A stretch of DNA of 64,000 bases from the NCBI GenBank assembly GCA_907165135.1, contig OU015568.1:372001-436000 (forward strand), given 5' to 3'. This DNA comes from Oikopleura dioica (Eukaryota > Animalia > Chordata). A program made the translations under genes and the position numbers. Shown here piece by piece: positions 59,938-64,000 of the stretch. The notes beneath the pieces are model-generated. The model was not told the origin of the DNA. It did no database searches and was given only the letters and a program-made list of their open reading frames with translations. Each line of letters begins with the position of its first letter. Position 1 is the stretch's first letter.

Positions 59938-62900
59938 TAGAAACATCTTGGTCAAGCCGTTGTTGTCTCCTGGGGACCACGTACAAAGACTCGAAAAAAT
60001 CCCAATTTCGGTATTTTTTATGCGGAGATTAGAAATCAAAGCCTATCTTGAGACCTGGCCCCAGATAACGAAAAATTTTCAATCTTGGTACCTGTGCTCC
60101 AGGTGACAACTTACGACCAGTTGAACCGGTCAATCAAAAACAAATCAAGAAAATGTTGTTTCTAGTTTGCCCCCCTAGCTCCACAGTCGTTGTTTTAGTA
60201 AGCGATTATTTAAGAGCCGTTCCGAAAAATTGGTTGGAAAACCCGCTCCTCCCTTGGATACGATGTCGAATACCAAACGTCAGTCCGCTCACGAAAGTCC
60301 CTTTTCAAAGCAAGACGAGATCTTCGCCTCCAGAGGAGAATTTGACCGGCATCCCAAAAAATGGTGGCGGTCAGAGGAGGGATATATCATTATCCCATAT
60401 GCCTTTCATGACAGCGTTTCTCTTGAATTCCATTCCAAAATTCGTGATGAGATTCGCCTTATTTCTGTTGCTGTGCCCTGCCTCAAATTTAAAGAACAAT
60501 TTGCTCCTAATTTTAATTATGACTATGGCATTCACATCGTTGGTGAGAATTCGGTCAATCCCGAAGGAAAAGAGGAATGCTGGTCCTACGAAGGTTTCTG
60601 TGATTATATCGACGAATTATGCTTTAGTGGAATGTTGGATCTTCAGCCAGGCTATCAAGCAATGCGATTGACAAACAATTGTATCTTGACTGGAGGTGTT
60701 CAACGTGTGTTCGCTGTGGCTCTTGGAATGTCATCTGAGCATTATAGACCTGATTTCTTCAAATATTTCGAGCAAGACCCGATTCAAGGTCCTTTTCCGG
60801 AGCTGCTTTGGCCCGCAAACAGCGATGAGTGGGGTTGGATCGACACAAATCATCATCTCGAGCCATCATCCGTTCTTATGCCTGACGGGTTTATCCTTAA
60901 AAACGGGAAGAGCTACTCTCCGCATCCTCACCTTACTACGACCGATGCCCAGCAGATCTATGGTCACTACTGCATCGGCGAGAATGCTATCGAAGCATTT
61001 CCGCCAACAACCAAGTGTCAGGAGCCTGACGCTTTGGGAGTTATTCGGCCAATATTCAAACACCAACTCTGCGATGGCTTCAAGGACTGTTACAACGGAG
61101 AAGACGAATATAATTATTGGAATTGGGACAATAAATTCAATTTTGTTAATTGCGATCGGACAAATCTCGGCTGCTGTCAAACTATAAGATTAACCGATTT
61201 AGCCGAAAGTTTTACGTGTCTGGTTTACGGTGGCGATACGTTTAATGGAAAAGACGTCTACACTTGCCACGATATAGATTTGTTCATAAGATGGACGCCA
61301 GATGAAGGCTGGTATGTATGCGATCTCGATGAAGCATATGATTTTAATAACTGTCTCAATTTGATAGCCTGGTCCGGGCCGACCGACGATCTCTGTTTCG
61401 ATGACTTGTGGGCAATTAAACATCCGAGCCCTGGAATCTTCACCGACTACACATTCGCGTTCGGGGCGGAATACACCGTTCAATGCATGAATAATAATTT
61501 TTTTTATGGCTGCTCTGATCTCGATTGTCCGAACAACGAACGATGTGTGCGTGAGAGTTATGAGTTTAGTGTATATAATTGTGAGTGCAGAGATTCCGAG
61601 GAAAGGGATCAAACACAAAATTATCTATTTAATATCTAATATCAAATAGAAATATATTCATTTGCGGTCGATTCCTTTTCATAGCAACAATGCATCGATA
61701 TTGATGAATGTACTCTCGAAACAGATGAATGTGACGTGAATTCTGTGTGCTCCAATACAATAGGTAGTTACACATGTGAGTGTAATCTTGGATGGATCAC
61801 GATTGACGGCTTGAATTGCGAGGATATTAACGAGTGCACCTCACTTGATCTTCCGCATAATTGTCATGCTGATGCGATCTGTACGAACACCCCGGGAAGT
61901 TTTTCGTGCTCTTGTAAAGAAGGCTATGAAGGTGATGGCGTTACTGATTGTGCAAATATCAATGAGTGTGTGGTCGACGCTCCTTGCAGCAAACAGGCGG
62001 ACTGTACTGACAATCCCGGATCATACGACTGTGAATGCTGGGATGGATTCAACGACGTCAACGGAGATGGATTGATTTGCAATGACACCGACGAGTGTGC
62101 CATCAATGACTTTGATTGTCCAACACATGCTTCATGCAGCAACACGTTTGGAGCCTACGAATGTTTTTGTAATATTGGATACGAATTCAACATAGCAGGA
62201 GATGACTGTATCAACATCGACGAATGCGCTCGATCTTTGGATGACTGTCACATAGACGCAACCTGTTCCGACAACGCTGGAAGTTATTCTTGTGAATGTT
62301 GGCTTTGTCGACAATCCAGATAATGCCAATGCGGCAAGGGGAACTGACTGTGTAGATTTTGATGAGTGTAGCATGGCCAGAACGAATGCATTTAATTGTA
62401 GTGAGAACGCTGCTTGTGTCAACACTTTTGGCAGCTACACTTGCGAGTGTAATCTTGGTTTCGAAATGTCTGCAGACAATTACAACTGTTTAAATATCAA
62501 TGAGTGCGAACTTGGTGTTTCCATCCATCAATGTGATGTCAACGCTATCTGTACAGACTTGATTCCCCTATGGAGCTGCACTTGCAATATTGGATTCAGA
62601 GGAAATGGAACTGTCGGCCAGTGCGTCAACATTGATGAGTGTTCCGAAAACTCCCATAGTTGCTCAAGTAATGCGAGCTGCGAAGACTCGATCGGATCGT
62701 TTTCTTGCCAATGTAATACTGGCTACACTGATGATGTCAGCTCGCCGGAAGCTGGATGGGTTTGCGTTGATGTCGATGAATGCGCTGCTCCGGAAAACAC
62801 AATTTGCGATTATGACAATTGGGCCTTCTGCTTTAATACTGATGGATCTTACGAATGCCATTGTCCCGGAGGAAATCCTAGCGGAATGTTCGGAGGCGGT

Positions 62901-64000
62901 GTTCCAGAAGATCCTTGCTATTGTGGTGTAAACGAAGAGTATTCATTGTGCTCAGAGAGCTGTCACCCTCTTTGCCAAGATGACGTGCCGCTTTGCGAAA
63001 ACGCCTGTGTTCCTGGTTGCAATTGTCTCGAAGGTTTTGTCCGAAGTTCAGAATCAGCCAATGCCGAATGTGTCAGATCAGAAACTTGTCACGATTTCAA
63101 TGTTGCCGAATGTAAAGAAAACGAAATTCCAACGAAATGCTACAACGATGGTTTTGAGACTTGCGAATCTGTCAGACTTGGTGAATTACGAATGCAGAAT
63201 AGCGAATGGTGTTCTGGAGGTTGTGTCTGCGAAGAAAACTTTGTCCGATTGAATGCAGATTTACAGAGTCCTTGTGTTCCGCGACAGGATTGCTTTGACG
63301 TGTACACAACTTGGGAGAAAGCGGATCTTGTCTATATTTTTGAAAAAACAGCACCGAGCTTTGACTTTGAAAATCCCTATACTTGGCGAGATCTGATGTT
63401 CAGGTTAAGAAATGATGAGCATTTTTCTCACATCGGGGTCATCGAAATACGCCAAAAGGAAATCTCCTATTTCGATGAAAAGCATAATTTTATTGTGAAA
63501 GAAATATACATCGCGCAGCTTCATATTGTGGCTCCAACAATAAGATCTTTGATGTTCAGCTTCTTTTCTGCCGCTGAAGAGGCCGGAATAAGCGGCTACG
63601 ACTTTGCAATGGACTGGGATCGGGACTTCGAAGAAATCATTGAAGAAAATGATTTTGAGTTGCCATGCTACAATCGGGAATGTCTGATTGAAACTCTCGC
63701 TTGTCATCCAGAATTCGAAGAGGTTGGTTGTCCAGATGACGTTGGACCCACGTGCAACGATACATACACTGAGATTTTAGACGAGCAAATAAACACATGG
63801 AATGAATTTTCCGGAGGAGCAAGAATTTCTCAGGACTGTGCAGATAAAGACCTCCAGTGCGTCTGTAAAGACGGTTTTTATAGGGAAAACGATGACCCAT
63901 TTTCACGATGCGTCCCGCTTTCCAGTTGCATGGGCGGCTGTCCTCGCCACGCCCGATTCATTGACAAGATGGATTACTGTGTTCCGACATGTGATGATCC
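59161..64000 (+). CDS. Large secreted mosaic protein, partial: cbEGF, inactive astacin-like, LDLa, multiple cbEGF, TIL-like domains
   Basis: Signal MLLLLLLELCQA; (D/N)I(D/N)EC EGF repeats; astacin-type W....IPY.F, C.SY.G, EH.RPD; LDLa CDGFKDCYNGEDE; TIL CGVNEEYSLC..C..C..C.PGC.C..GFVR. Frame break at about 62300; open to the window end. Confidence 0.85.

Overview
Compact, intron-dense eukaryotic DNA. Introns of about 40 bp, frequent GA-AG introns, operon-like gene spacing and many lineage-type secreted Cys-rich genes suggest an Oikopleura-like larvacean tunicate; this assignment is inference. All gene models were spliced by hand, so exon edges are approximate. Recognisable genes: intermediate filament, PIP5K with an intronic tRNA-Ser, a NEK-like kinase, a B4GAT1-like glycosyltransferase, a kelch-like gene, an LRR protein, a six-domain trypsin polyprotease, OXSR1/STK39, DIS3, profilin, and a large EGF/pseudo-astacin/LDLa/TIL mosaic protein running off the right edge. 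There are about a dozen non-autonomous DNA transposons defined by terminal inverted repeats (TIRs) and target-site duplications (TSDs); no transposase gene was recognised. Highlights: (1) a nested locus in which the B4GAT1-like intron holds an antisense gene whose exon is split by a hAT-type element that itself contains a second hAT-type element, both carrying related 56-bp hairpin satellites behind a conserved G-quadruplex motif; (2) a 3.2-kb hAT-bounded segment enclosing a whole spliced host gene; (3) a MITE inserted in a coding exon; (4) a GA-AG intron class with its own acceptor signature; (5) a polyprotease with an unrecognised repeated Cys-rich module. Several single-base homopolymer frameshifts look like assembly errors.
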